A stretch of 63,674 nt of DNA, counting the filler, from Hausera hauseri (Eukaryota), in the NCBI GenBank assembly GCA_046269625.1. It is 11 parts of 11 records of this genome, joined end to end, with 100 filler letters (N's around TTAATTAATTAA, not from the genome) between each part and the next. Parts side by side here need not be neighbours in the genome. Positions count along the whole stretch, not along the records: positions 34,376 to 41,526 come from JBJURY010035223.1; positions 41,627 to 45,710 come from JBJURY010771316.1; positions 45,811 to 49,808 come from JBJURY010829972.1; 8 more parts are not named here. The stretch is one strand, 5' to 3'. A program made the position numbers and the translations under genes. Below the pieces are notes generated by a model. The model had not been told where the DNA came from. It was given only the letters and a program-made list of their open reading frames with translations, and did not search any database. This document shows, piece by piece, positions 36,867-49,908 of the stretch (the stretch's first letter is position 1; the number at the start of each line of letters is the position of its first letter).

Positions 36867-38057
36867 TCAGAAGCATCTGTAATGTGGGGGGGACACACTG
36901 ATGTGTGTAGGTGTGTGCACGCGTAAGTACACGCGCATGTGCGTGTGTGCGCGTGCACAAAAAGGCAACATTTCATCTGGATTTCCTTATTTTAATTGCA
37001 CACATTTAAAGCATGTTTGTCACCAAGTTTATTCAGCTGTGGGTTTTAAAGACATTTGAACTTTAATGTACTTTAACACTCAGCATCAGGTCGGCACTAT
37101 TTGTGTTTATAGAGAAATAAAAAACATCACACTGGACTTTTTGACTTGTGTTCAACACTACTCATCTAAATGATGTTTCTCATGAAGCTTGAGGACAATA
37201 AGGTGTGGGGTTTTAAAGACATTTCAACTTTAAAGCATCTTAACACACAGCGTTTTTTCTTTACTTTATTAAACAAAATGTACAAAAAACAGGTATTGTA
37301 ATTAACAAACAGCACTTCCAAAACAGTGACAAGACTGGTAAATAGAGTCCGTTGTAAAACAAGTACAAATTATACAAGATCAACAGAGATGCTATTTATC
37401 TTAACACAGCGTCTCCTCCTCCTGCAGCGTCTTACAGCGTCACAGTTACTGCTAAGCTAAGACGCTACAGACGGAGCGCTCCTCTCAAGCATCCTCCTAA
37501 CCATGTATATATGTTTATGATCAACCCCCCGGTCAACAACTGTCCGCACTAAGCTCGCTAAACTGGTGAGCGTTCAACACAGAGGTGTCTCCACCTCCTC
37601 CACCTGTGTGCGTTTTCTGCGGAGGCAGGAGGAGACACACAGAAACACTGCAGGCAGCAAGCAGGCTGCTGACTTGTGCTGCTGTGTCTAGTGTTGGAGG
37701 TAACCAGGAAAACCTGGAGTGGAGTTTCAGTGGCTTGAGTATTCTATTAATCAAGTGGAATGGATTCATTCACGAAGAAAGAGAAACAGCGCCGACTGAA
37801 CTAATGTTTCATAGTAAAAGTGGTAAAAGTCCAAATGAACGTTTTTTGAATGTGGGCGGGACTTGTCCCCTTCACATATAATGGTTGTGACGCCTATGGG
37901 ATTACCTCTGGTGCTCTGAGAAGGACAAAAAACACAAGCATGTTGAACTGATTGAATGTTTCGCTGCTTATTTCAATCTGACGCCAGAGCTGTCATCCTG
38001 TCATTTAACAAAGGTTTGTAAGCTCAATCATCCAGGTAGATAACAACAAAAAAGTTC

Positions 38058-38342
38058 AATCATTTCATCTGGACCAGTTTCTTGAAGTGAGAAACGTTTC
38101 GTCCCCCATCCAGAGGACTTCGTCAGTCTACGGCCTGCCAACCACATCTGTCCCATAAGTAGCCTTCACTGCTGTGTTTCAAGCCAACCTCCTGTTGGAA
38201 TCTCAGAATTAGACTTTGAACACGTGCAAACAGGAGCCATCAGTCCAAAACAATCTGGTTGGCAGGCCGCAGACTGACTGAGTCTTCCAGATGGGAGACG
38301 AAACATTTCTCACTTGAAGAAACGGCTCCAGATCACATGATT
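38058..38342. repeat. ~85-bp inverted repeat pair of Penelope-like termini
   Basis: 38058-38144 is the approximate reverse complement of 38256-38342. Confidence 0.7.
38089..38129 (-). ncRNA. Minimal hammerhead ribozyme (Penelope-type)
   Basis: Minus strand reads AGA-CTGACGA-A-GTCCTC-tggatg-GGGGAC-GAAACGTT-TCT. Confidence 0.6.
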
Positions 38343-38361
38343 TATTTAGAGCCTGTCGTTT

Positions 38362-40217
38362 ACCTGTAAAAGCGTGGCTGGAGGTACTGGCACAGTTGTG
38401 GCTCCTTAACACTAAGAGCCAAACCAAAGTGAATCATCTTAACTTTCAGTGGCTGTTTCACGTGGTCCACCAGCATGATGTTATCAGGCTTCAGGTCTGT
38501 GTGAGCGAGACCTAGTCTGTCCAGAAGATCCAGGGCTGTGGCCATCTGAAGACAAACAAAAGATACTGTAGGTTAACCAGCAGACTGAGAACAGTTGAGT
38601 GAAATAACACTTTCATCTAAAAGGATCAGGTTTTAGGAGAGATGTGACACCATCAGTGCTCAAAGTGTGTGCTGGGGTTGACTCTGAGCTACAAACACCA
38701 GATTTTAGCTCTGGATCTGTAAGAATGACCAAGTTAGAATCATTCTTTTGTTGGATACGTTCAATTAGCTGTGGCAGCCATCTTTAATAGGGTTGACTTT
38801 AAAAGGTCATTAATTTTTAAATGGACATCCACGACTTTTTATCTATTCTGTCCACTGGCTAATGAATTATTTTGCTAACAAACACACAAACACCCACATG
38901 ATCACCTGCTTCCCATGGCAGCAGCTGAATATGATGACTGCTTTGAAACAGCTTGAAATATCAAACATCACTTCTATTGTTAGTTTTTATTGCTTTCTGT
39001 TAAAGGCAACAGGGTGATCATGTTGTTGCCTGTTTCTCTGAGCATGTGTGTGGTGTGCTTTTGTAGCTTTGGCTAAATATCTCATGAACCCTGAACGCTG
39101 CTTTAGCATAAATCTTAGAGCTTTTAGTGTATTGTTTAATATTTGTTTAGCGTATATCTTAGATCCTTATGTACTGGTTCTTTTTATATTTTATATTTTT
39201 GCTGTTTTTGGGTGTAACTGGGACCTTGAGTACACAATTTTGTTCCACCTCATGTGCCACATGTGATGCTAATGACAATAAAGAACCTTGAACTTGAACC
39301 ACTGGACAGATTTTGATGAACTCTCAGAAACTAATCAGTTAATATACATCTACAACTAATTATCTGTTGGAGATACTCAGTAAATGATGACCGCCCCACC
39401 TGATTACCCTTAAATAACACAAAAATACCTAAAACTCAGTCACATGTACAGAAATTGAGCATTGATTTGATGTGGTAGTAGCTGAAAGTCATCCTCAACA
39501 CCTGCCCTGACTGCCAACACATGTTGGAGAATCACACTCAGTGCTACTACTAAAATGAACAGAGTCATTCATTTGACATTTGAAAGCCATGTTTGTTACA
39601 AACAGAGCCTTGTTTTTATCAGCCCCAAGGTGAAACCTGTATGCAGACAGTTTAAGTGTGAACAGAAGTGGTGCAAACCTGGTGCAGGATTGGGCGGATT
39701 TCCTTCATGCTGAGCGACCGTGTCGGTTTTCCAAATAGAAAATGTATCAAACTGATGTCCAGCTTCTCAAACTGGATAAAAGCGTGCTGTCTGTAGATGA
39801 AAGCATCGTTGCATCTGTCCAGATCAAATTTCCTCATTATATTAAATACATCAACCTGGGGGGGACACGGGACGTTCATGAGGCTCAAACAGAACTTTGC
39901 TCTTTGGAGATTAGAAATGAGATTCAGGCACAAAAAGTTACCTCATTTTGGGCGTCGCCTATGTTGCATTTATCCATCATCTTCACAGCTACTGTTTCCT
40001 TTGTGGCTGTTTTGAAACATTTGCTTACTTTTCCATAGACACCTTCTCCTAAACAAGAGTGGATCAGGTAGTCGGAGGAGGAGGAGGAGAAGGTGCCCAG
40101 GATGGCTTGGGGTCCATCATCTGTAGAGGAGGAAGACGATGTTTCCTCCTCAGTTTCAGGTGAAGAAGGAAACTTCTGGTATTCCTGATCAAATGTGATG
40201 TGGAGAAAGAGTGGCAT
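38362..40217 (-). CDS. HIPK-like Ser/Thr kinase exons (~39942-40217, ~39677-39855, ~38362-38545), partial
   Basis: LGEGVYGKV, VAVK, FEKLD..L..F, IRPILHQ and HTDLKPDNIML. HFG replaces DFG. Confidence 0.78.
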
Positions 40218-40784
40218 TCACAATAAGTCATGAGTGGTTCAGTAAAACATCACAGGGACAATCAGGTACGGAAAGTTAACGTCCAGCATGAAACCATACA
40301 AACTGTTGTATGAAAACATTTCCATTTTTATTATTATTATTTTCTACTTTCAACCTTTAACCCTAATGTAAATAAAACAGCTGATAATATTATACTGGTC
40401 AGTGTAAACCAAACATTTGCTGTGAACTTTGAGCTGATCCACATTTCAAGCTCTGCTTCAATGGGAGTAAATGAGAGTTTTGGTGCTGCACGCTCGTGGG
40501 ATTTAGGAGAAAACCATAAGTCCTAGAGCCGCGACAGACGGGAAAATGTCGACTTTGTCATGTACATTTCTTAAGTAGGTGCAAAGATTGTGAGAGTAAA
40601 AATAGTTTGTTTGCAAACATGATGGAAATTTAGACAATAAAACAACATTTCTGTGGTAAAAGATAAAAAAAACAACTAAAAATAATATTTTCTGTCTGAA
40701 TGCAGCATGAATGCTGAAATTTGCAGCTGAGCTGTTAGGGGACATTAGCTAAAAGGATCAAACTACTGGCAGGAGCTAAAGTAG

Positions 40785-41526
40785 CAAATGGCTAGCTAAA
40801 ACCTAAAACAAGCAAAACATTAGCTATCAGGTTATTGAAGCTAACTGTAACTAAAAGCTAAACAAAGCAAGCACTAGCCAAACTAAAAATAACAATAGCC
40901 AAGCTAACATAGCAAAGGGCTAGCAAAAATTTTAACAAACAAAACATTAGCTATCAGGTCACTGAAGCTAACTGTAACTAAACGGGAAATGTAGCCAAGC
41001 AATAGTCAAACTAAAAATAGCACTAGTAAAGCTAACATAGCAAAGGGCTAGCTAAAACCTAAAACAAGCAAAACATTAGCTATCAGGTTATTGAAGCTAA
41101 CTGTAACTAAAAGCTAAACGTAGCAAGCACTAGCCAAACTAAAAATAACAATAGCCAAGCTAACATAGCAAAGGGCAAGCTAAAACCTAAAACAAGCAAA
41201 ACATTAGCTATCAGGTTACTGAAGCTAACTGTAACTAAAGGCTAAACGTAGCAAGCACTAGCCAAGCTAAAAATAACAATAGCCAACCTAACATAGCAAA
41301 GGGCTCGCTAAAACCTAAAACAAGCAAAACATTAGTTATTAGGTTATGGAAGCTAACTGTAACTAAAAGCTAAACTTAGCAAGCACTAGCCAAACTAAAA
41401 ATAACAATAGCCAAGCTAACATAGCAAAGGGCTAGCTAAAACCTAAAACAAGCAAAACATTAGCTATCAGGTTATTGAAGCTAACTGTAACTAAAAGCTA
41501 AACGTAGCAAGCACTAGCCAAACTAA
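40785..41526. repeat. Tandem satellite, 128-bp unit, ~6 copies
   Basis: CATTAG anchor recurs at 40818, 40945, 41074, 41202, 41330 and 41458. Confidence 0.92.
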
Positions 41527-41677
41527 NNNNNNNNNNNNNNNNNNNNNNNNNNNNNNNNNNNNNNNNNNNNTTAATTAATTAANNNNNNNNNNNNNNNNNN
41601 NNNNNNNNNNNNNNNNNNNNNNNNNNTAGATCTTAATACAATCGAATTAAATCTTAATTAATTTTGCTCATTTTTAG

Positions 41678-42958
41678 ATTTCCCGGAATGTATGAATTGC
41701 CGAGTAATCCTCAGTGTAATACACAGATTAACACCATGCATACATTTACTATGCTCGTATTGTATAAAAAGAATTCGATCCCAAGCAAACCCTATACCTC
41801 ATTGCCTAATTTGTAAATATGAAATCAAACATTACATCCAACACAATGCATTCCCATCCGATGCTGACCAATCCTTACTCGACTCTAGAACCCTCAACGT
41901 TATTGAACCTACTGATCATGTCACTCATTATTATACATGGGATGCGTCAACACCTTTTTCCATTCCATATTTCCAACTTCACACTTGTTGCCTATGTCAA
42001 AAGCCTAATAGAATAGCTTTCTAATTCAGCTGTTGTAATGCTGAATATTGTTCCCATTGTTACCAGTTAGAATTTCACCATCGATATCTAATCTGTAATA
42101 TGTTATTTTTGCCCGGAATACATATATTCTTACTTCCATCACACTAGATGTGCCTTACTTACCATTACTAACACATCAATTCCCCAATTACTGCCAACCA
42201 AATACTTTCGACTGGAACAACAACCTTCAGTCAGGATTGAATTTCTCATCAATCGTTTTAGTCCATCAACAATAACTCGACCCTCACCAACTGTATATCA
42301 AGTACCTTTACCACATATAAACATTATGTCTCTCTTACAACAGCCGTCTTCAACATCCCATCCACGTTATCATCCTGAAAGAGTCATTAGACCACTATCT
42401 GAATTACCAGTGCCTGCACCTTCGATAACTTCTACACCAACCATATCTCATAGTCCACCATTGCCAATATCATTGCAACAACATTGGTTTCCTGTACTCA
42501 GTAAATGTCGAATCGACCTCATCTCTGATTTAGCCCCACCTGATCTTTGGGCAACATTGCAAATCCTCTTCTACGATCAATTCCCGACATATGAATGTAC
42601 AATCTGTCTTACCGAGAGAATTACTGTGGTTCAGTTCCAGTGCAATCACACCATATGTGCCACATGTTTCAACAAACTTCGATCCCAATTCCTACAATCA
42701 ATCGATCCAAATGATGCACTCCAAATGACATTCCAAAACGGCATTTCCTGTCCTTATTGCCGTCAACCATCAGTCTACTACCATTTTTCCTTTACCTACA
42801 ATAACCAAATTCAGCGATTACGTCATTGGATGAATCCAGTTAACGATGCGACATTGACTATCAGACCCAGAAATTTTAGTTACATCGATGCCAGTACCCA
42901 GTGTGATCCACAGGACCGAATCCTTTTCAAAGGGGGAAGAAATGTTGGGGTTCCATGA
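41678..42958 (+). pseudogene. Multi-RING-finger ORF (two clear C3HC4 RINGs and one degenerate), probable LTR-element cargo
   Basis: RING1 CMNC..CIHLLCSYC..CLIC. Degenerate RING CCLC..CC..CSHC..C. RING3 CTIC..CNHTICATC..CPYC. The ORF runs through a PPT. Confidence 0.7.
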
Positions 42959-43178
42959 TCCAATCCTGCTACGTACAATATGCCATGTGACATTATTACA
43001 TTACAATTGACTGATATTGATGACATTATTGCATTGTATTTGACAATAGGAGACTTTGATAACGTGTTTATCTAAATTGTGCTTTGACATTTGATGTAGA
43101 ATAAATGAATTTCATATTTCTCTTTTTCATCTTTTTATTCTTACATTATTTTGTTAAACACGACTGATGGGCGTCACA
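42943..43178 (+). repeat. Putative 3' LTR
   Basis: PPT AAAGGGGGAAGAAA (42929-42942), then TGT, an internal AATAAA and a candidate end GTCACA. The right boundary is uncertain. Confidence 0.5.
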
Positions 43179-46100
43179 TTCCCACTGTTTTTGTACATAA
43201 TTGTTATCCAGTCGAGAAGCGATACTCGGGTTGCAAGTGGATAAAGATGTGAGTAAAAGGTTTTAGGTTATTAAGTATAAGAAATAACGAATTAGAAAAG
43301 TACTTTAGAAGGTCATTAATTTCAAAATAAAATGTTCAAACATCAGAATGACAAGATAATTGCCAATTCAAATCGTAGATTGTCAAGATAATTGGCGGCG
43401 CAGCAAAGAATCGATTTTTAAAATTGACGTTGCTAGATCAATTGCTTCAACTAACAATAGCATAATTGTAGATTAACAATATCATAATTGTAGATTAACA
43501 ATAGCATAATTGTAGATCAGAGATTTAAAAATTCAATTTTGATATATGGTAAGCTGCTAGTCACCACTATATAAGTGAGACGTAACAACTGAACATAACC
43601 ACACTTAACTTGAATTAACTTAATCTAATCTGAAACACAGTGAAACGGAAACCTTTGCAGATCCGTAATTAAAGTAAGCTCGTGTTTACGAGTCTTCCAT
43701 TGCTTTCATATCATTATTAGATTGTTTTCCAGTGTATAAAAAACCGTTCGATATGAATACTAGGATGGACCAAATGAATGGATCCGAGAATACTTCAACT
43801 CAGGCCAACGAAGAACTAGATGGTGAGTTGCAGTGAAATATCTTTATGGTTAAAGCTTAAAAACTTACTAGTGCTATAGCGAATTTAAAATTTAATTATA
43901 CTGACGACGGGATACCGCTTCGAATTGTCATCGTTTGTATTTTGTTGGAAATAAATATATGATTTTGATAATAATTTTCGATAAGCCATACCCTCTTACT
44001 TAGCATTCATGCTCTAATGGCAAGAGAGTAATGGTTATATTCCAATGTTACATGTTTAGACATTGATGTTTCTTATGATTGCTATGATATGGAGAATTCA
44101 AATGCTACAAGATAATGAAAGATAACCCAGATATGGTTGATTCATCAAAGGAGATAGATAATGAGTGTTATAAATCTTTGAATTCAGAAACTTGATTTTA
44201 GTGGAGGGTGTAAATCCAATCCGTTTTAGAAGATGACGATCATACGCATTCGAGCCAACAAATATAATTCCATTTGGGATATCAGATGACGATTCAAATG
44301 AGATAATCAATTATTCCTCAAATAGTAAGAAAAGATAGTGAAGTGGAGTATTCGATGTTCCAAGTGTACCATTATAAGGAATACGGAAATTCAATGATAT
44401 TCGATAATAACTTTCCATGTTGAAATTAATAATCCTATGAATGATATGTAAAGTATCGTTTATTTATTGACCTACAATTCGCGGAAACTATTTTTACTAA
44501 AACCTTTAGCAATATTTCTACATGCCGATTTTAACTGATGGTTATACCCTGTGCTTATAATTTGTGATTATAACCATATAAGAAAGTTTAAAGTATGTTA
44601 CAGCTACTTTTCTTTTTATTTTTATTCTGGATGAAAAGAAGCTACAGGGACCCATTTGATAAATGTTATCTGGGTAAAATCGTTTGAGTGACTCATAAAG
44701 ATGTTGAGCCCAATATTTAAAGACTAAGTCTCAAAGCCATTCAATTCATAACGACTAAATGGAATAACTAACAAATAGGATAACATAGATATGTTAAGAC
44801 AAAAATGGAAAACGAAAATTCATCGAAAAATTCATATAAACTAACTAGAATAGATGTAACATTGAATTTAATAAGACGAAGTTTAAGTGCAGCATGATTA
44901 TGTTAGTAGTCAAGGTAAATCAATTAGGGTAATTGTTTAAGAATACTTCAAGTTAGGATGTAAATCAGCGAATAATAATAATAATAATAATGAATTGATT
45001 GTCCATAGTTATTGAACCCAAACAATTTATGTAAGAATAAATTTCCCTTGTTTGCGGAACTTGTATATGTACACAAAATTTAAAGTTTTATTTAACGCAT
45101 TGACAATTGAACTATTTTGGGTTAAGAACAAGGCTTTCCTTGCGTCTTGCAGATCTTGAGAATCTAGAACATCTTTAGCATAACGAATTTGACAAAATGA
45201 GTATAATAAAAAGAAACAAAAATGATTATCATATCACAGATGATTTAATAAATGCTAATTATCTTGAGGCAAGCCTAATGAGAGGAAGAAAAACAATGGC
45301 TCTTATTAAGTCAGTTTAAGACAACAATTCAGAGTTGAAGCTCAGGAATAATGATGTTTCTCAGGAATTNNNNNNNNNNAGAAGCGATATCTACCAAGAA
45401 GAAAAGAATAACCTGGCCTAATCTGTATGGATCATTCAATGAGAAAAGGATATGTAAAGAGTATGACCCATAAGTAGGAAATAGTTTCGAAGAGGTATGA
45501 AGGAGAAATTGGGTAGTAGACGATATGTATCAGAATGTTGGATACATTAATTTTGAAACCAATTTCAAAATACAGGTGCAGATCATCTGACTTGGTCGGC
45601 CCGCTACCGAACGAACACGCCTTCAGGTTTTATATGTTGGGAATAATGGGTATAATAGAGAAGATTCAAACGATAAAAACAAGACACCTTATGGATAATA
45701 TATGTTTCATNNNNNNNNNNNNNNNNNNNNNNNNNNNNNNNNNNNNNNNNNNNNTTAATTAATTAANNNNNNNNNNNNNNNNNNNNNNNNNNNNNNNNNN
45801 NNNNNNNNNNAGAAAGCTGAGTAGTGACAAAATATGAAAATATTTTCTGCATACGCGATATTGAATTATTTCAGGTACTTCATATTCCGAAATAACTATT
45901 TCAAAATTATTATGCATTTTTTAAGTTTCCTAAAATATTTGTAAAATCGTTTAAATTAATTAAATACTTTATTTCTAGTAGCGCAAAGTATGTGTCGACT
46001 GAATGATTACCATCGACCAGACATTTTTAAAAAGCACTGTTAACAATATTGTTGTTCGAGATATCTTGATTATAATCCTTTAACCTTAAATGACCTTGAC

Positions 46101-46439
46101 TACACCGTCCATTAATTTTTCATTCTCTACCCATCGGTATGGCAAAAAGCAATACTTTACATTCTTCCAACTAGGATAATCATAACTTTGATGCGAACTG
46201 CTGCAATAACTCATTAAAATCCATTTCGTTTTCTTATAACGCATTGACACTTGTTCATATTATCGACAAAAAGTGTGACAATAAATGACCTCGTGACAAA
46301 TTCCGATTCACCCAATCGGGTATAATTAATAAGTACCAAGTCCGATTCGCCCCATAGTTAAATTGAATTGTTTTAACGCATCAGTTTATTCAAAAGGGTG
46401 GGGGTAGGGGTTTGTCCAGTGTCCATTTTTCCATTACTG

Positions 46440-48140
46440 ACAAGCATTAACACTACAGGTCAAGCTACAAATTTTTGCCAAGGTCAAGCAGGCAAACAAA
46501 ACGCGGAATTGGCCAAAGCGTGAAGAATGTGAAAGGTATTAAAATTGATTATCAATGTGGTATCGTAAGCAGCAGAAAGCGAGTCAAAAAGTCAACTCAC
46601 GAAGACGCTTCTTATTTGGCTTAAAAAAGCGCGTGATCAAGGACTTCCAATTACTGGCCCAGTCTTAAAGGAGAAAACCGAAGAACTTGCTGACGCTTTT
46701 GTAGTGAGTACCGGTTGGTTTGAATCGTGGAAAGTTCGGAACAATATTTCATTTTACAAAGTAGTCGATGAAGCTGTTTCTGTCGACGTCAGTGTAATTT
46801 TAGGTTGGCAGACTTCGGCTCTATTCCAGCTACTGCAAAAATACGAGCCTCGGAACATCTATAATGCTGACGAGACTGGGCCCTTTTGGAGACTGCTTCC
46901 AGATAAAAACTTTAAGGACTGCCCTGTATGGGATGAAAGGCAAGCAAAGAATGCGTAACTGTTTTACCCTGTGCGAATATGAATAGAAGTCACCAGCTGA
47001 AACCCTTCGTGATTGGTCGAAACAAGTCGCCTCGCTGTTTTAGAGGTTTTCACCACTTTCCCGCCGCTCACAAGGCCAATCTCAAGCCATGGATGACTAG
47101 TGCATTGTTTGAAGAATTGGTTAGGGCCTCCGACCTACAAATGCAATCTGAAAATAAGAAAGTGCTCCTCTTTCTCGACAACTGCCCTGTCCATTCGCCG
47201 AAGATTGAAGGAATCCGTCAGACGCGAGTAACACTTATTCCACACAACACGACTTCTAAATTGCAATCGTGTAACCAAGGAGTCATCCTTGCGTTCAAGA
47301 GATCTTATTGCAAACGCTTACTGAATAAGTATCTCGTGTCTATGAATATCGACATGCAATAGAGTATCAATCTACTCGATGCTCTGGAGTTAGTAAAGGT
47401 CAGTTGTTTGGATGTAAAAGAAACAAAGATTCAGTCGTACTTAAGGAAAGCTGGAATCTGAAAGACACAAGAAGCCCCTTCAACGTCAAAGACGAAGATT
47501 TTGATATATCTGCCATTTAAAACATTTTTCAGGAGTTGCAGGAATGGCTGGAAATACCAAATGACGTTCTTCCACATGCATAGGTCTCCGTGTATGACAT
47601 TTGAACATCTAGGCTGCTAAGTAACCATGATAATGCTTCTTCCTTGACGAAGACGCCTTCGAGTGGACTTGCAGATTCGAGGTCAAATGGAGAAGAATAG
47701 ACACCTGCGGTGGCTCTACCAATTGCCAAAGATGCACTTGAGGTGCTCAATCGAGTGCGTGTCTTCCTTCAAAGTTTGCAAATGAACTGAATGCTGTGAA
47801 CTCTATTGAAACATCCATTCAACGAAAGGTATGGGAAAAGTGCTAAAATCGATCCTTGACTATTTCCCCCGCCTTGTATAACCACATTGCAACAGTTGCT
47901 TTTAAATTTTCAATTGTTCACTGTGTTCTTGTGCATGTCTGTATGAAAATAAATGTTACTAATATAAGTTTTAATTATGAGTTTAGCGCAATGCTTCTAA
48001 ATAAGGCAAATGAAATATATCGCATGTGCACTTTTATTGTTTTTCCTTATTTCTTAATGAAATACGGTTATAACAAATAGCAGATATGACGAATTTACTT
48101 CTTGGTAAATGGCACTTCGCTATATGCGGAATCCACTGTA
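46440..48140 (+). mobile_element. Tigger/pogo-like DNA transposon relic
   Basis: STGWFESWK, IYNADETG, LFLDNCPVH and NTTSKLQSCNQGVI. 3' TIR-like end ...GCGGAATCCACTG-TA. Confidence 0.85.
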
Positions 48141-48311
48141 TGTAACATAATTTATGTTTATGAAATATTCGAGGGGATTGCGTCTTAATGTGAATTCAAA
48201 TTAGCCCATGAAGAAAATAAATAACAAATAAATATTGAACACGAGAGCAGAACATAGACGTATTAATAATTATCGTAATTATGATTGGTAATCAAATCAA
48301 TTTTGTATTTA

Positions 48312-49546
48312 CCTGTAACAATGGTTGGTTCAACATAGTTTCCTTCCCGCTCAATTACATTTCCACCACATTCAATTTTACCACCTTTCGATTTACATTG
48401 CTGCACCAAATTCCTGAACATCTCCAAAGCATTTTTGTTATGTAAAGGTCCCACAATTACACCAATATCAAGCGGGTCACCGATACGCATCTTTTTGTAC
48501 GCGTTAGTAAGTCTTGTCAATACCTTATCATAGATATTTTCATGAAGAAGCAGTCTTCTTGTTGTTGTGCATCTCTGACCAGTAGTACCTACTGCTGCAA
48601 ATAAAACAGACGTAACAACCATGTCCAAATTAGCAGATTTGTCCACAATTATGGCATTATTGCCTCCGAGTTCTAGTAAACACTTCCCGAATCGCTTTGT
48701 CACTATTTCTTGAACTTTAACACCAGCAGAGCAACTACCGGTAAACAAAACCATGGCAACAGAACGACTACCAGCTAACGTACTACCGACGTCAGCGTCT
48801 CCACACAACGACGTAACGATACCATTCGGTAGATCATTACGACGCAGCACGTTATTGATAATCTTTGTGACAGCGACTGTCGTCAGATTGGTCGACGGTC
48901 TCCTTTCCAAACAACAGTGTTGCCACACGTCAGTGCAATTGCCGCATTCCAACCGAACACGACCGCCGGGAAATTGAATGCCGTGATAACACCGACAACT
49001 CCCAGGGGATTTCACTGCTGTAGTAACAAGTGATTTTTCCGTTTTGATGGGAAAACAAATCCACTGAACGAACGAGACAGTCCCGTTGTCAATTCGCAGA
49101 TGTCGATAATTTCCTGAATTTCTCCGCCACTCTCAGCGAGATTTTTTCCGACTTCCAATGAAACTAATTTCGCCAATGGTTCTTTTATTCGTCTCATTTC
49201 GTCGCAGATTTGACGAACGATTTTCCCGCGAACTGGTGCCGGTAAATTTCCCACATTTTCCATGCTTTCTTTGATTCATCAACACATCTTTTCACATCAT
49301 CTGACTTGCCAAATCGTACTTTAGCAATCGGCCTGTTGTTTGACGGACAAATACTGTCGATCACTTCTCCACCGGCACACCATCAATGACCATCAATACA
49401 CCTGGGTTTTCTTCACTAATTCCTGTGTCTTTCAACCAAGAATATTCCGATGAATTGACAAGATACGACACTGATTGTGCACTTGAATGTTTTATTGAGG
49501 AAGAAAAATTGAATAATGTTAGAAATGACATACAATTATAAAACAA
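48312..49546 (-). pseudogene. ALDH7A1: Aldehyde dehydrogenase 7A1 (antiquitin), frameshifted and partial
   Basis: PAPVRGKIVRQI, LVSLEVGK, FTGS, LLELGGNNA, FAAVGTTGQRCTTTRRL and YVEPTIVTG followed by a GT donor. Confidence 0.85.
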
Positions 49547-49908
49547 TAGTTTTGTAAAGACTGTCTAACGACCTTCAACACTCGGTGAGCCATGGTCACT
49601 CTCGCTCTCACAGTTTTCCTAACCCTGCCAGGGATTATGTCACACTCACATCTATTTTGCACACTCATTCAACAATCTAACCTTTAACAACCTAATTTTT
49701 AATACTACCATCATGCACATCGCAACCAACTTATGAACACTCATACATTTATATACATACATACACATATATATACACTATATACATCCCCTACCCCTTT
49801 ATCTTTCTNNNNNNNNNNNNNNNNNNNNNNNNNNNNNNNNNNNNNNNNNNNNTTAATTAATTAANNNNNNNNNNNNNNNNNNNNNNNNNNNNNNNNNNNN
49901 NNNNNNNN

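Noticed and set aside
40785-41526. Repeat array as CRISPR
   Set aside because: The units are head-to-tail with no unique spacers, in a eukaryotic context.
43200-45710. AT-rich region with short ORFs
   Set aside because: No supportable coding or RNA motif was recognised.
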